DNA from: Lobosporangium transversale
Taxonomy: Eukaryota
DNA: 64,000 bases
Assembly: GCF_002105155.1 (NCBI RefSeq)
Contig: NW_019029002.1
Span: 1 to 64,000 of the forward strand
Direction of reading: 5' to 3'
Shown piece by piece: positions 10,815 to 25,172 of this stretch. Numbering within the stretch: the first letter of the stretch is position 1; every line of letters starts with the position of its first letter. Made by a program: the position numbers and the translations under genes. Below the pieces are notes generated by a model that saw only the letters and a list, made by a program, of their open reading frames with translations, ran no database searches and was not told the DNA's origin.

Positions 10815-11986
10815 TTAGCTTCGAGCAGCATTCTTGGTAGCAGAGGTTGGTGATGAGGGGATAGTGCAGGTGAAAGTCTTCATCTTGAGCATCTGCTGTT
10901 CCTGGATTAGTTCCTGCCTCACAAGTTTCTGGTACCGCTGTCGCTTCGCCTCAATCTTTTCAGGATGGATATAGGATTTCAAGGTCACAAAGGCGACCTT
11001 GATCAGCTTGTCGGCCTGGTGCATGGTCAATGTCATCTGCTTCATAAAACAATAGACTGCTGCACCATTCCTACACTTGAGAATGTCCTTCTCGTTCATC
11101 CAGAGGATTGCGAGCGCGATCTTGAAGACGACGATCATGCCTTCGACAAAGAATACATCCCAGACACGGAGTAGGGTTTCGACTGGCAAACAATCTGTGA
11201 AGAGGGTCAGGAACCAGCTAAAGGTCACTGCAGTGAGATCAACGTGCATCTCTTGAAAGTGTAGGCTGAGTCTAGGCATGATCTCTTGAACAAGTTCTTT
11301 GAGGACACGTTGATCTGCTTGAGGAGAAAGAAGTTGCTGAGTGAAATAGTCTTCAGGTAGGTGACGTCCGAGCATAGAAGTGAGGATCCAGAATGCTTCT
11401 TCCTCAGAGTGGTTGGTGAGAAGTAATGTTCCAGCAAGGAGATTCATTCCCTGACAATATCCAACAGTGGGATTATGGCTTTTTTTTTTTTTTTTTTTTT
11501 TTTTTTGTTGTTGTTGTTGATTAAAAGATAAGTTAGAGATCAGATATGGATGATATACAATCGTCTCCAAAGACAAATGATGAATGATGACAAGAATAAA
11601 AAAAAAAAAAAGAGAGCATTAAAAACTTAACCTACAGACTATAAGCGAGAAGTATATTCTTCAGCTTATCAATTCCATGTCCACCAGGCCCAAACAATAC
11701 GTTGGTAGGAAATGTGCGGTGTAAATCCTGCAGTCAAGACGTAAAAAGTTCAGATTAGGACAGGGCTTTTTTTTTTTATTTTTTTTTTTTTATTTTTTTT
11801 ATTTTTTTTTGTTATCGCCTGCTTACCATTTTGATATCACTCCAGCATTGACAAGATTCAAGGCTCTGTCTTGAGAGTAACTCCTTGTAGTAGCCTGGCA
11901 ACCGCATATCAAGGGCTCCTGAAGTCTCCTGCCAGATCTTGTTCCTAAGTGGAGAAAAACCATTAATATTTAGAATGATTAGAAAT

Positions 11987-12025
<39 letters not shown>

Positions 12026-15000
12026 CCTCCCCTTCCTCAACTCGTACCTATAGGCGACAGGGATACCTCCGCGAGCTAGGTCGCGGAATTCTTCCCAATC
12101 AGATCCCTTGCCAATAGTCGCAATACCAATCAGACAGACGCTGGTCCAGTACATCACATCCTCATCATCATGCTCCTGGTCCTCCAACGATAGCATCAAA
12201 TTTCCAAATAATGGTGAGCTCAAATTGGTACTTGACATGTTGGCCAACGCGCCACCATTCGTCTCACCCAGATGAACACGCCTTCTTCGTTTTCGTAGAA
12301 AAGTGTCCCATTTCTCCTTTTGAGTTATCTGTACAGAGTCATGTAGGACTTTGATCTGTGAAAGCAAGGTTGTGACTGTAGCGGTAGACGACGTTGGTGG
12401 CGACAACGTCGAGGTAGGCCGTGTTGCTGTCGATAGGATGGGTGATGTGATGTTGGAAGGCGATGAGGCGGTCGTTGCAGAAACTGTTGCATTTCCTGTG
12501 GCTGTAAACGTTCCCAATGTTCCTGAGTTACCTGCACCAAAGTAAAAGGATGACAATGTTGGAGGCGAAGATGAAGGTTGTCCAGATCCAGCGCTTGAAT
12601 CATCCGCTGGAGTCATTAGACACTCAAAGCTTGTATTGCCGCCGTCCTTACCAGTTATACGCAAGGTGTTCTTGCTGTATATTGGGCGTTCAAACGTAGG
12701 TGTTTCCAACCCATCGAAAGCATGGGCTTGACTCAGCTTCATGAGCCCATGCTGTACTGCCATCGGCCTTGCATTAACTAGGAACCCATATCGATCCGTG
12801 AGCGGTTTCCCAACAGCCTCGCCCAGGCAAGTAAACGGTGGTGACATGGACAATGTCTGTGAACTGATATCTGAAAGCTCCACAATGGTCTGGGCTGAGT
12901 TCAAGTGGTGTGACTGGTAATAGCTTAAAGACGAAGTATGCGGGAATGACGAGCTGGTAAGACTAAGCGTGGTTGAATGGCTCTTGTAAGGCAAGGCTTT
13001 TGGTAGCTCCGTCGGATTGAGTGTCTCTGAGAAACGTCGGTTGCTCGAGACCATCTCCAGCCCTTTGAGGTTATCCTGTAAGGATGGTGATGTAGTCTGT
13101 TGACGACAAAACATGTCATTGTTATCGTTGTTATCTGGATGATAATGGTGGCTCAACATCTCTTCCTGTTCTGGCGAAAGCGACTCACGAATGACGGGGA
13201 ACGAGCTTTGCTGCGACTTTGACGGTTTGGTGTTCATAATCAATCCTAGAGTCCATTTAGCGATCATGCTCTGCGTCCGTCGAGCGTAAAGTTTTGCTGG
13301 CGTGATGGCCCCTGTATCAATAAGGTTAGCAGCTATGGAGATGGCTCTATAGTGTAGAGGCGAAGGATTATAAGAGTCAGGACGCTGAAGATAATCGTGG
13401 ATCCGTGTGATAGGTGGTCGCGGAATATCTCTTGCCATGGTGAACGGTGAATAATTCGCTTGTGATCCCAAGAATCCAACTTCAGACATTGGTCGCGCCT
13501 GCAGCGCCTGCGTCGACAGTCCTGTAGAGTGCTGCTTCCTGCTTGTAGAGGATAAAATGCTTGTCCAGGATTCTCGTTCTTTATCATTACTATCTTTTGT
13601 CTCAGATGGAGAGAAGTTCCCATGTATCGGTGGTGGTATACTAGCCTCTACCAATGCAGATTTCTTATCATTAGCGATGCTTCCGCGACGAATAAAGAAC
13701 CCATTGGGGCTGGTCGCTACGCTGTTGGTATTGGTATTATTCTGCTCGATCTTTGTCGACTTACTCCATGACAATACCCCAGAGGCTAGAGCCAACTTCT
13801 CACGTAGAGTCTTCATGCCGAGCGTGCTTGCTGCAAATGAATCTGCAATAAATGAGGGGATAGGGCTCAGGCTTCCATGGTTTAGATTCCCTGTGCCTCC
13901 ACTGGTTTGGTCCTGTGTATGTCCTTGTGGTTGCTGTCCCTGGTTTTGGTGGTCTTGACCATGTGCCTGGGCTTTGGCCTCACCCTCATTGGCATAAGCT
14001 TTAGAATTGGTAGCGAGCCCAGGCTTTGAGCAATCTGAAAGCTCTTGCTGTTCTTGATGCTGCTGGTGTTGCTGTTGTAAACGTGAGTTGACTGGGCATG
14101 AAGCCGTTGAGATATCGCATGCGATCGGTGAAAACGGGCGGACAGCTTGAGACAATCGAGAGCTTGACGAACGACGTTTTGGAATTGTAGTGGGAGTAGA
14201 GGCTGCTGCGGCGGTCATGGCGGGAGAAGTGAAAGAGGAGGGAGTATCTGCGGAGGCTCTCTTATGCATTACCCCTGAGGGTCGATGACAGAGAGATCCA
14301 TCGTCAGGCTTTGTCAATTGTGTTGTGCTGTTGGAGTGAAGGGATAGTGTGCCAGAGTTGGACATAAATTCTGAGGGGTCGCCATCCTCTTCCTCAGGAG
14401 GCTCATCATCAAGGACAATGCTACTGCATTCTTCTTCAAATAGATAGTCCACAGGACTATTCTCTTCAACAACTGTTTGACGTCGTTGGACACCAACCAT
14501 TCCCCCAACAAGATGGTAGAGATGAGGATGTTGGTAGTCCCCCGTGGTCCCATCGAGGTCGTCATCATCAAACAAAGGCCGTCTCCCGTCTGTTTCTTCT
14601 GCCACGACTGCAAGATTGTTCTCTACCTCTGTGGGCGATACCCCAGCATCCTGCAACATTTCTGTGAGCCTTCGTATTTTTGCATCATAAAGCTCCTTCA
14701 TAGTATGCAGTTCTGCCTCACGTTGCCACAGACGGGTTGTCAGGTCTCTAGCTAGTGACAGTTGTGTTGGGTGAGTTTGGAATGCTTTCGAAGATATACC
14801 ACCTGTTGTCGCTGTTGTTGATGTTGATGCGGGCGTTGCTGTACCTGAGGAAGGGCTATAAGTACGACGATAGCTTTGATTGAAATGAGCCACTTTCCTT
14901 GATCCGAATATTGGAGATCCTGGAGGGGAAGGTGAGTATGGTAACGAGGTGGAGGTGGGAAGGACGTGGGTAGCAGACATTGTTGAAGTCGTTGCAGTTG

Positions 15001-15130
15001 TTGAGGATGATGCTTGCTGACGATGCCGTGGTAAAGTGGGGATAACCACAGGTGGATCTTTTGGATTAGCAAGAGGATGTTGCAACAAAAACACAGACTC
15101 TGCCGAAGACTTTGCAGCAACCTCCTCCAT
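10815..15130 (-). CDS. TBC-domain Rab GTPase-activating protein with a long disordered N-terminus
   Basis: DRYGF, GGIPVAYR, DLHRTFP (Arg finger), GYCQGMN (Gln finger), WFLTLF, LRVWDVFF. Several short introns between about 11480 and 12047. Confidence 0.9.
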
Positions 15131-16513
15131 CTCACTCTCTTTATCTCTCACACACTCTCGTTAATGTTTGGTTAAAGGAGGCCACTTTTGTAGCTGTGTT
15201 TCTTTCGAAACAACAAGGTGCGAGAGATCTGACAAACTAGAAAAGGTTAGGACGGACTAGAAAAGGGGTGAAGTAGGGAGGCAGCCAGATACAATCAACA
15301 GAAAAATTCTTGTGAGCAATGCTGAGAATTGGAGAATGCGACGTGCCTGTAATAGGTGTGGAGAATTCGTAAAAAGAGATAAAATGACAAAACGAAAGCA
15401 AAGGAAAACTAAAAGGACGGATGAACAGATGAATTGAAAAAAGATAAAAAAAAAAAAAAAAAATGACGAAAGGAAATATATGAGACAGTCGAGAGAACGA
15501 GTGAAAGGGAAAGAAAAAAGAGAGGAGGAGGGAATGAGAGAAGACTTGAAAAAATGGAAGAAGAGAAAGAGGGCGGTCTATATCGTCATGGTTCAGGGTC
15601 GTTTGAATAAGAGAGAGTGAACATTCAGACAGACAAAATAAAAATATAAAAAACCAAAAGGACGAACAGGAGGAGTCAAGGGAATCAAGGGATCAGTTGT
15701 GTGTAGATGCGCCTTTACAAAGTGGAGTAAACTTTGCCGTGAATGATGGCGCTTTTTAGGATTAGGAACAGTAACCGGGTAGACTGAGGAAAAAGAGAAA
15801 AGAGAGGGATGAAGGATGGATGAAATATAAAAAATCAACATAAAACGCAAAAGAGAAGACAAAGTCATGTATAACTTTGGCACAAACAACGGACAACGAC
15901 AATGCTAGTGCAATATGGATATAAACGCGGGAACAACAACAACAACAAAAGCGTCAGAATAGGGAGAACAAGCTCGCATGTCATGAAAAAACCCCCCAGG
16001 AGCTGACCCAGGGGGTGAAGTTTTTTTTTTTTTTTTTTTTTTGCAATGTAAACAAGCCAGCATGCACTTCTGTATTTGATACTATAGTGTGTGTATGAAT
16101 GTATTCAATGCTTGTCAAACACTACATCCTTTCCGCCCCCCTTTTTTCTTTTTTTACTGCTGCATTCATTCATTCACATTCACCATCTCCATTATATCAA
16201 AGAGCAGCTTACACATTTTTTTAATAGTAGTAGAGTGATAGTAATTTCTGTAAAATGCCTCACTTCACAGCATCATACATGTTTTTAACGCGTCCACTGC
16301 GAGCGCGAAATCAGACAAGACCCAGTGGAGCAAAAAGTAACTTGGCTTATTATCATTACGTATATATTATTATTACAGACCATGTATTATTGTTAAAGAT
16401 TCATCCATGTAACTATGATTTCCTTTGAGCGTATGAAAATCAAACTATCAGTTCCAAGCCCTCTCTGGTGTTGGTAGTCATTCTTACTATCCGCAAATCC
16501 GGCCATCAAGGCC

Positions 16514-16551
<38 letters not shown>

Positions 16552-16746
16552 TAACGATTAACATAATGCTTTAAAATGAAAAATCAGACAAATCTTCAAC
16601 TCTAAATTTGTAATTATTATTATTATTTTTTTTTTGTCTTTGTGTCACTCTCAATTGTCTGGTATTTGGATATTTGGCTAGTTGGCTTATTGACAAACAG
16701 GGCGTTTTCAAAAGCGGGTATTAATAGTACAAAGTGTTGGAAGGTC

Positions 16747-16813
16747 AGGTAGATAGGTAGATAGATAGATAGGTGGATAGGTAGATAGATAGATAGGTGG
16801 ATAGGTAGGTAGA
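16747..16813. repeat. (AGAT/AGGT)n tetranucleotide microsatellite
   Basis: Repeated aggt/agat units. Confidence 0.9.
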
Positions 16814-16823
16814 TGATCTATGC

Positions 16824-19800
16824 TCATTGCTCGACTTTAGTTCCTCGCAACTGTAACTTTAGTTTCTCGATAACAGACAGGTATAGAAACATCTGACCCT
16901 CCTGCTTCACCACCATCTTGCGGTGCTTGACAAGTTCACGCTGCAACGCTACAATTCTCTCGGTGTACTTTGCTCGGATCGACTTGGCTGCTTCGCCTTG
17001 GTCTTGGATCGTCTCATCCATGGCCTGTAGCTGTTCCTGTGTGGATATCAACTGTTCACTTAGCTGTTGCTTTTCTTGCTCCAACGTAGCAATCTGAGCC
17101 TCAAGTCCCTCAACCTGCGTCGAAAGTCTCTTGATCTTTTCCTTATCGCGCTGGTCTGCATGTCTCCGACTAGATGTAGACATTGATAGTTGTCCATTTT
17201 GCGAATTGCTCCGGGACATTGAGCCATTCGATATGGACTTGTCCTCCTTGATATTCTCTTTCAATTGTGACTCTTTATTCTCGAGTTGTTGTCGAAGTTG
17301 CTGCTGCTCATCGACTGCTTGAGCTAGTTGGTCCTGGAGATGCCTTAACTGCTCCTCAAGGCCTTTGCGATCATTTTCCGCCTGTGTTAACTGAGCCTGC
17401 TGTGCCTCAATCTCACCATCAAACTGGCCCAACTTGACACGCATGCCAACCAGGGATTTGTCCTGGTAGAAGCGTTCTAGTTTGAGTTCTCGGATCTTTT
17501 CCTGCAGCCTTGAATAGATGTATTCAATGGATCCATCATCTGGTCCATAATCACTCTCACGGAGTTGATCATTGACAAGATCCTCCGTCTCTTCAGATTC
17601 GATCTCTTCCATTAACTTTTCCAACAGCATCTTTTCCTGTCCCTGCCTCTGATCCAGCTCAAGATTCAACTCCTGATTCTTGTGATCCAACTGGACCTCC
17701 AAGTCCGCAACCTTCATTTGATCCTCCTTTGATTGTTGTTGTGCCTTCTGCAGTAAACTGTCTAGACGGGATCGTTCGTTCTCTAGTTCGAGTAAGTCCA
17801 GCTCCAGATCTGCTACTACATTCTGGGCCTGCTGCTGAGCCGATTTGAGCTCCTGCTCTAGTTCCTGTATCCGATCTTCTTTCTCCATCAGGGCACGTTC
17901 TTGGTCGTCGATTTGAAGCTGTAGTTTATGGATCGTGTTGGTGGCAGATGAGGATGAGGAGCTAGATTGAGAAAGCTGCAGTGTTCGCTTCTCCAACTCT
18001 TCCTCAAGCTGCTGAATCTTGGACTCGTTTAACTGGCTTGTCTCTTGATGGGATTCTAACAAAAGCTTGATCCGGTTTTCAAGCTGACGGCTCGATTCCC
18101 TCTCTCCTGCCAACTTGAGCCTGATATCCCGTAATTCAGTCCTATGTTGTCGAATCTCCTTGAGATGTTGCTCTTGTTCTTGCTGTTGACTCTCTTCTGC
18201 CTCTACTTGTTCCTCCCGTAATCGGCCTTCAAGTGAATGAACCAGCGCGAGCGCCTCCTCCAGTTCATGCTGTCGAGCCTCCAATAGCTCGTCGCGTTCC
18301 TCCAACATGCTTCGAAGCTCATTCATCTCATCTTCTTTTTGTTCTACAGATTGCGCCAGCTCATTGACCCGCCATCTCACTCGCGTCCGTGCCTCCTGAT
18401 CCTGTGAAAAACGGTCTTTCTCAGTCTCTAGCCGCTTTTCCAGGCTTTGGATATGATCTTCAAATTCTTTTAAACGCTCCGAGTGCTTGATAGCAAGAAG
18501 TTCGGTATCGTCCTTATGACGTTGAAGCTCGTCCTCCTTGGCTTCGAGTTGTTGCTTGAGAGATGTGATATCCAATTGAAGTTTTCGAAATTCAGCCTGA
18601 TCAGATGATTTTCGCCTGGTCGCTCCTTCCAGTGCTTCTTTCTCCTTTGCGAGAGCCAACTGTAGTTGCTCTTGCTTTCCTCGCTCTTCAGATAGCTGCT
18701 TCTCCAGTTGCTCACGTTCTTTGGTAGCAAGCTCACGAACTTGATTCAATTCCACATTCTGATTTTCACTCAACTCAACCAACTCTTTTAGCTGATTCGA
18801 CATCCCCTGCATACGAGACTCTAACTGTTTGTTGGCTTCACGTTCTCGCTCCAGGTCTTCCCTCATGTGTTGCTGCAATATCTGACTCTCCTCAAGCAAT
18901 ATCTGAGCTTCTTCCCACTGAGCTCTCAGCCCCTGATCCAGTTGATCTTCTACCCATTCTATGTCATCATCATCGTCATCGTCATTGCTGTTGTTGTCGT
19001 CTCGGCCAGGGTTGTGAAGTACCACTGCTTGACTTTGATGCTCAAGGAGCGATTTCAATTCCATGAGCCGTCGGTTGTTGGTTTGTACTGCTTGGATTCG
19101 TTGATCCAGCTGCATCTCATATTGCTTCATACGCTCACGAATCTGCATTGAATGCTTCTTTCTCCTTGTGTCAGACTGACTGAGGGTCAACTCAAGTGAC
19201 ACATCTGGTGATGGCGTCGGTGCAATCCCCCTTGGATTGGGTTCAAAGCCAGGCAAGGATAAAATCCGTTGTAAGTGCGTCTTACCAGCTGAGAGTCGTT
19301 TGTCAAAGCTATCCATGCTATAACTACTACGACTACTTCTTTTTAAGGATGATTTTAGCGGAGGTGATGGTGGAGCTTGATTGTGTTGTGTAGGCGGACT
19401 GGCAGATGAGGATGACTTTCTGGATGGATGATGTCTTGAGTTATTCTCAGGCGACCTTCTTAGGTCTGATAATATTGATGTGTCAGCTGCTTTCTCCTTT
19501 GAGCTACGGATGCTACTATTACTTGATTTCTTGAGCAATTCTGGTTGTGACGATTCCTGTTTTGCCAACTGACCAGAGAGATCCCGTAGGACGTCCCTTC
19601 GACGCTGTTCCATCTTTTCATCCATCATCCGTCGAGTTTGTGACATGCGAGATCTGGAATCAGAGTTAGGACGTGTATCAAGTGTTGAAATGGTGGTGGT
19701 CATGGCGGTTTTGGGGTCTTTTGTCCTCCAGACAATGATATCTTTGTTTTCTGGATAGGGATATATAGGTTCGAATCCCCCTGCAGTTCCATGAGGATCC

Positions 19801-20027
19801 GACAACTCTTTCCGGGGTATCTTTTGTAATTTTTTGATTTCAAGGTGTGATGAGCTATGCGCCTTTGCTGTCCTGAACTTTGTCTTTGACAACACCGGAG
19901 ATATTTGCTCATGATCATGCTTAAACTGAACATCTTTTTATTACAGGGGGAAGGAAGGAAAAAAAATAAAAATAAAAAAAAAAAGTACAGGTTGGTCTTA
20001 GTTTTCGATAAAATTGAGTGATGTGTC

Positions 20028-20058
<31 letters not shown>

Positions 20059-20298
20059 AATAATTTCTGACAATTCAAAATGTGTTGTACCTCTCATCTC
20101 ATCTGCAAGCGACTGGTATTGATGTCTTTTACTGGAAGTAGAGGGTTGTTGATGTTTGTGGCCATTCGTTAGGCCTTGTGAGGGCGCGTCCTGCATATGG
20201 GCGGATGAACTGTCCTTTTCCTTTACGGACGACTTTGTTGATTGAGACTTTGGAAGCTGATGAGAGATCCCCGAGTGCAAACTTGCTGCAAGTAACAT
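16824..20298 (-). CDS. Large coiled-coil protein, function unknown
   Basis: A 1023-aa ORF rich in E/Q/L/K heptads after a Ser-rich N-terminus. A probable first exon (20298-~20091) splices in frame. Confidence 0.75.
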
Positions 20299-20546
20299 GG
20301 ATCCCCTGATGTGCTGATGCTGTGAAGCGCTTCCGCTTCCTTTGGTTCAATGGAGTGACTGATTAGATTAGAGCAAGAGGGATGAGAACAAAATCAACAA
20401 CAGATGGCGCTTTTTGAGAGCACAGGGACCTTGTCCGGTCATAATGAATTCATCCATCCCTTGCATTACTTTATCAAAATAGAGTACTCAAATTTATGGA
20501 TATTAATGATTTTTATGATTTTTTTTTTTTTTTTTTTTTTACGCGA

Positions 20547-22210
20547 TTATAAAATACTATCCATCTTTGTGAACACATTTAACACGGCTGCCACAATCTC
20601 CATCTGAAGATCCTTGCCAAATATTTCGCCTTTGCTTGCATTCCCTCCAAATGGAAATACACTATAGTCAGTCAAGAGCTCGTCCACTTTTGTAAACGCA
20701 CGCTCCCGCATCTCGTGGTTAAGGTACATTAGAGCATTCTCCAGCACATTTGCCGCATACGCTGCACATACCATCGATACTGTCCTGAGCTGCTGATATG
20801 CAATAGGTGAATTGTGCTCAGCTAATGTCGGCGTTGATCCTGCTGACCTTGAGATGAGTGTAGTACATGTCCGTTTGACGACCTCCTCTTTGACCGCAGA
20901 GTCGGTGACTGGATGGGTGGCCATATCAAAAATCAAAAAATTACGCTTCTCTGTCCGCAGAACGCCCTTATCTACAAGTCCTTTTGCCAATCGTTCCCGA
21001 ACTTGCTTTAGTTGGAATCCAACCCTCATAACATTCCATGTTTCACCTACAGATATCCAGAGTATCCAAAGTAAGTCAAGAAGAAGAGGAATCAAGGGGG
21101 GAGGGGAAGGAGTAAACTTTTCTTACAATGCTCGTGATGTGTGATCACAACAATAAAAAAAAAAAGCTGCCTTACCACTCATGAGATCAATCCACTGACC
21201 CACGCTCATTCTTTCTGGTGTAGAAGCAATCATTTTTAGTGCCTCATCTAAGAGCACTTCTCCTGTCAGTTTTTCGTTAATGACTTCAATGTATCGATCA
21301 GGTAGGGGATATTTCCGTCTATTGGGGTCTTTGACCATAGCTATTCGATGGCGGAACGCAAGTTCCATCAAGATACATCCTCTTAACGTATATGAGATAT
21401 TATCGTTCCAAAATGACAGATATCCCTAAATCAAGAAAATCAAATGATAAAGGTGGAAAGAAAAACGGTCAGATTAGAACCCATAATTATCTCGCAGTCC
21501 TTTTTTTTTTTTTTTTTTTTTTTTTCATGTTCCGTATCCTGTTTGTTGTTTGGCTTTTGTAGCGCCAACGAAAGGTATCAAGTATTAAAACGCAAAGAAG
21601 AGAGCACAAGAGAGAGAAAAAATAAAAAAATAAAGAACCGAACAACGCCAATCTTTAGTTGTGCATGCATGCTTCTCTCTTTCTCCTGTATAGATCATCT
21701 TGTTGTAGTTTTGTAACCTGAGATGTTTTGTCCTTGAAAATGGGGGGATCAACCAATAAGTTAAAAGTTAAAGGTTGCAAGTTAAAAGAGAGTATTACGC
21801 TGATCCCATGCATCCATAATTCATTTAAACCGATGCTTTCGCTACACGCATAGAAAGCTCTTCCTGTCCATGCAAGTGAAACAAAAATAGAAAATAAAAT
21901 AAAAAAATAAAAAAAGGAAAATAATTGTTACGAGAAAACAATGGCGTAAATCGAGTGGGGGGGAAGAAAAAAAAGGTACCTGTTTGTCTTTAAGTCCCAA
22001 GAGGAGAATCTCTTCCATCAATGTAAATCTAGGTTGTGTCCGATTCTCATCTTCCATCTGCAGATCTCTAGGATCGGCAGCAATTTTACCATCTGTGCTG
22101 GAACGTCGACTGCCGTTTAAAAGTTGTCCAGATGTGGTCTGACCCATTCCCGACTCTGATGCTCCCGCTCCACGACGCCGTGAGAGTCCTGCTGTGGATG
22201 CCATTGACAT
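20547..22210 (-). CDS. VPS74: Golgi phosphoprotein 3 / Vps74
   Basis: [78 protein letters not shown]. Two introns. Confidence 0.96.
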
Positions 22211-22812
22211 TGATTTGTATTGAATGAGAGAAATATGGGTTGACTAGGAAAACAAAGAGGTGGAGGGCGAATAAGGGGAAAAGAAAAGAAAAGAAGGAAG
22301 AAAAAGGGAAAAAAGGTGGGGCGATGAGATTGATTGTCTCTTCAAAATGAACAAAGAGTTTAGTAGAGCTTGCATGTCAAAGTGGTGAATCCCGTGACGA
22401 TCCATTTGTCTGTCAGCCTCGAAAATTGTCAGTCAGAATCAAGTGGAAAGGCTTTTGATGGCTTTTTTTTTTTTTTTTTTTTTTTTTCCTTTTTTTTTTA
22501 ACTTTAGAAAGCCAGATGCCTGGTAGATCTGTTACTAGCCAGTCTTCTACTGATGCACTTTGCGGATCAAAGAAAATAGGAAAAAAGAAAAAAATGCGTA
22601 GTTGAGGCAATAATTATGATGTAGAAAAAGATTCTTCTGTAAATCGGTTAATATTTGTTATATACATGAATGTTATGTGGTGGCGCATGTCTTTTTTATT
22701 AAAGTTGTGTGCTCAATTGAACACCGCTTGCAAATAGCTTATGCTCAATAAACATTTTCATGGCGTTTTTTCTTTGTTTTGTGCAACCCTGCCCACTGGA
22801 TCAATTGTGCCT

Positions 22813-22846
<34 letters not shown>

Positions 22847-23097
22847 ATTAGATTGTTTGGATTGATTGTTGAATACACATCGGAATAAACAAGCTTTGGC
22901 TAAATAGCTACGAAGAGGCAAAAGAACTCCAGCCGCCATTTAACCACACCCTGCACCGCCCAGGTGCAATTAATTCAATGAGCTTAAAAACAATCACTTG
23001 CCATTAAATGTTTACTCCAATATCGCAATTCAATACTGTGTTGTTGGTGGCTAATTCTAGTTTGGTTCATTCGCAGTTTTTTGTTTATTGTTTTTTT

Positions 23098-23130
<33 letters not shown>

Positions 23131-23280
23131 CCATCTCATTCTAGACCAAAGACTCTTTTAATACAGACCTAATGATAAGGCCTTCTTGATAGAGAAAGAT
23201 GGAGTATTACGCAAAAGTATATTCAGATGGGTAAACTTGTTGGGGGATCTAGGTGTGATGTTGACGTCTCTTTGCCATTC

Positions 23281-23341
23281 AACCCTCACCCTGACCCTGT
23301 CCCTGTCCCTGAGCCTGATCCTGACTTTGACCCTGACCCCT
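23281..23341. repeat. Degenerate CCCTGA/CCCTGT hexamer repeat
   Basis: accctc accctg accctg tccctg tccctg ... accctg accct. Confidence 0.7.
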
Positions 23342-23551
23342 GGCAAAAAAAAAAAATAAAAAAAAGTCCCTGACCGTTCAAGTGCTCAGAAAACCCTAGT
23401 GTGCAGCTGACAATGAATGACACACCCCTTCAGAAATTAGTTCACATCGTCTCTTTTTTGTCTCATTCATCAACAAGTACATGTACACAGATGTCTCAAG
23501 TACACAAAAATAGAAAATTGTCCCATGTCAGGGCTTGTCATCATGTCTTTC

Positions 23552-23593
<42 letters not shown>

Positions 23594-23865
23594 CTCAGTT
23601 CTCCCCTTGCTCACTCGTGTCTATACACTAGTATTATAAATATATATGTGTAGGAGTTTTTTTTTTTTTTTTTTTTTTTTTTCTTTTGTGCTCGATCAAA
23701 GTTCAGAATCGGCATCATGACGGAGGAGAAATGTGAGCGGTTTTTTAAAGAATTAGCAGAATTAGCACCAAGTATTTTTATCAAAAAAAAAAAAAAAAAA
23801 AAATCGTGTGAGATCATGAGTGGTGGAATAGGGGCTGATCGGCGACTGATCTGATCATTCTCTCC

Positions 23866-23904
23866 AAAGTCGAATGTTTATAAAAGTCGAATGTTTATAA
23901 AAGT
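23866..23904 (+). repeat. Perfect 17-bp tandem duplication
   Basis: AAAGTCGAATGTTTATA twice, then AAAGT. Confidence 0.9.
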
Positions 23905-25141
23905 GTAAATAGATAAACACATATAAATTTTGATCATACAGCACCTGTATATTTATATATACATGTCATGTCATGTATTTGCTGAAGAGAAGGTGGACAT
24001 GGGTCCATCTATAAACTAGGGAGGTCATGAGGCCAAGCGAAAGCGGAGAGAACCACGCTGCTGTCGGGACCATAAATTCTATCAGGAAAAAAACTTTATT
24101 TATTTAATAATGAAAAACACATCTGCGCACTCAAGAGCAGCGTGCACACAGTCATCTTGAATGTTTGAACTCTACTGTATTATATATTAATATAACGTTG
24201 ATCTTTTTTATACCCCCGTTATGACATAAAGAAGGCGCCGATTTAAAATATATTAGTCTATTGGATCAAGAGTTACTTTTTCTTTTCTTTTTTTTTTTTT
24301 GCATGCGTACATCACGACAGTGACAGAGGGGCGACCCTGGTATAAATCTCTGTCTAGATGCATACTGAAGCTCTGTAGCAAAAGCGTAGCTATTTAAAAC
24401 GAGTACGCTTGAAACCATTGTGCTAAACAACACAGACAAGTGGACGGCAAAGAGTTGGAAAAAAAAAAAAAGAAGGCGCAGGAAGAAGGATGCGGCGAGT
24501 TTAAAAAACTTTAAAATGAAGCGAGAGCTGGAACATGGAACAAAACGCGGCGTAGCCATTGTATGAACACCATCGATTCATATAAAAACATCCCAAAGCT
24601 GAATAATTGATGATCGGATCAACTGGAGCATAGATGATCAAAAAATTGACAATTGACTTTTTATGTGTAACTTCGGGATATTTTTTTTTTATTTTTTTTT
24701 TTATTTTTTTTTTTTCTTTCCTTGTGGGTCGCGTTCCATAGAGGTCAGTAATCCTTACGGAAAGAACGACGACGATCCACAACTTACTTAGTATAATAAA
24801 AAAAAAAAAAAAAAAAAAAAAAGTTTTTTTCTCACGCTCAAAATAATAAAATAAAAAAAAGCGTTTAGACAGAGTATGTTCTGGACGACTGAATATTTCA
24901 AAGGCTTTTTTTTTTCTTGCCGTAGCTTTGTCTTTACCTCGATGAGATTGTTTTTATTTTCATTCCACATTATTAGGTTAGGTTGGGCTTTATTGTTAGG
25001 TGTATATAAATAAGATGAACCAAGAAGTTTCTACTCATCAACATTATCGACGTTGTGCTGGTAATAGTAATGAGGGCTGCGCTACTTTTTTTTTTTTTTA
25101 TCTGTAAATATGTTTAGTCCGCTCGGACGACATGCCGAGAG

Positions 25142-25172
<31 letters not shown>

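Noticed and set aside
23281..23341. Interstitial telomeric repeat
   Set aside because: Units are CCCTGA/CCCTGT rather than CCCTAA; consistent with an ordinary degenerate microsatellite.
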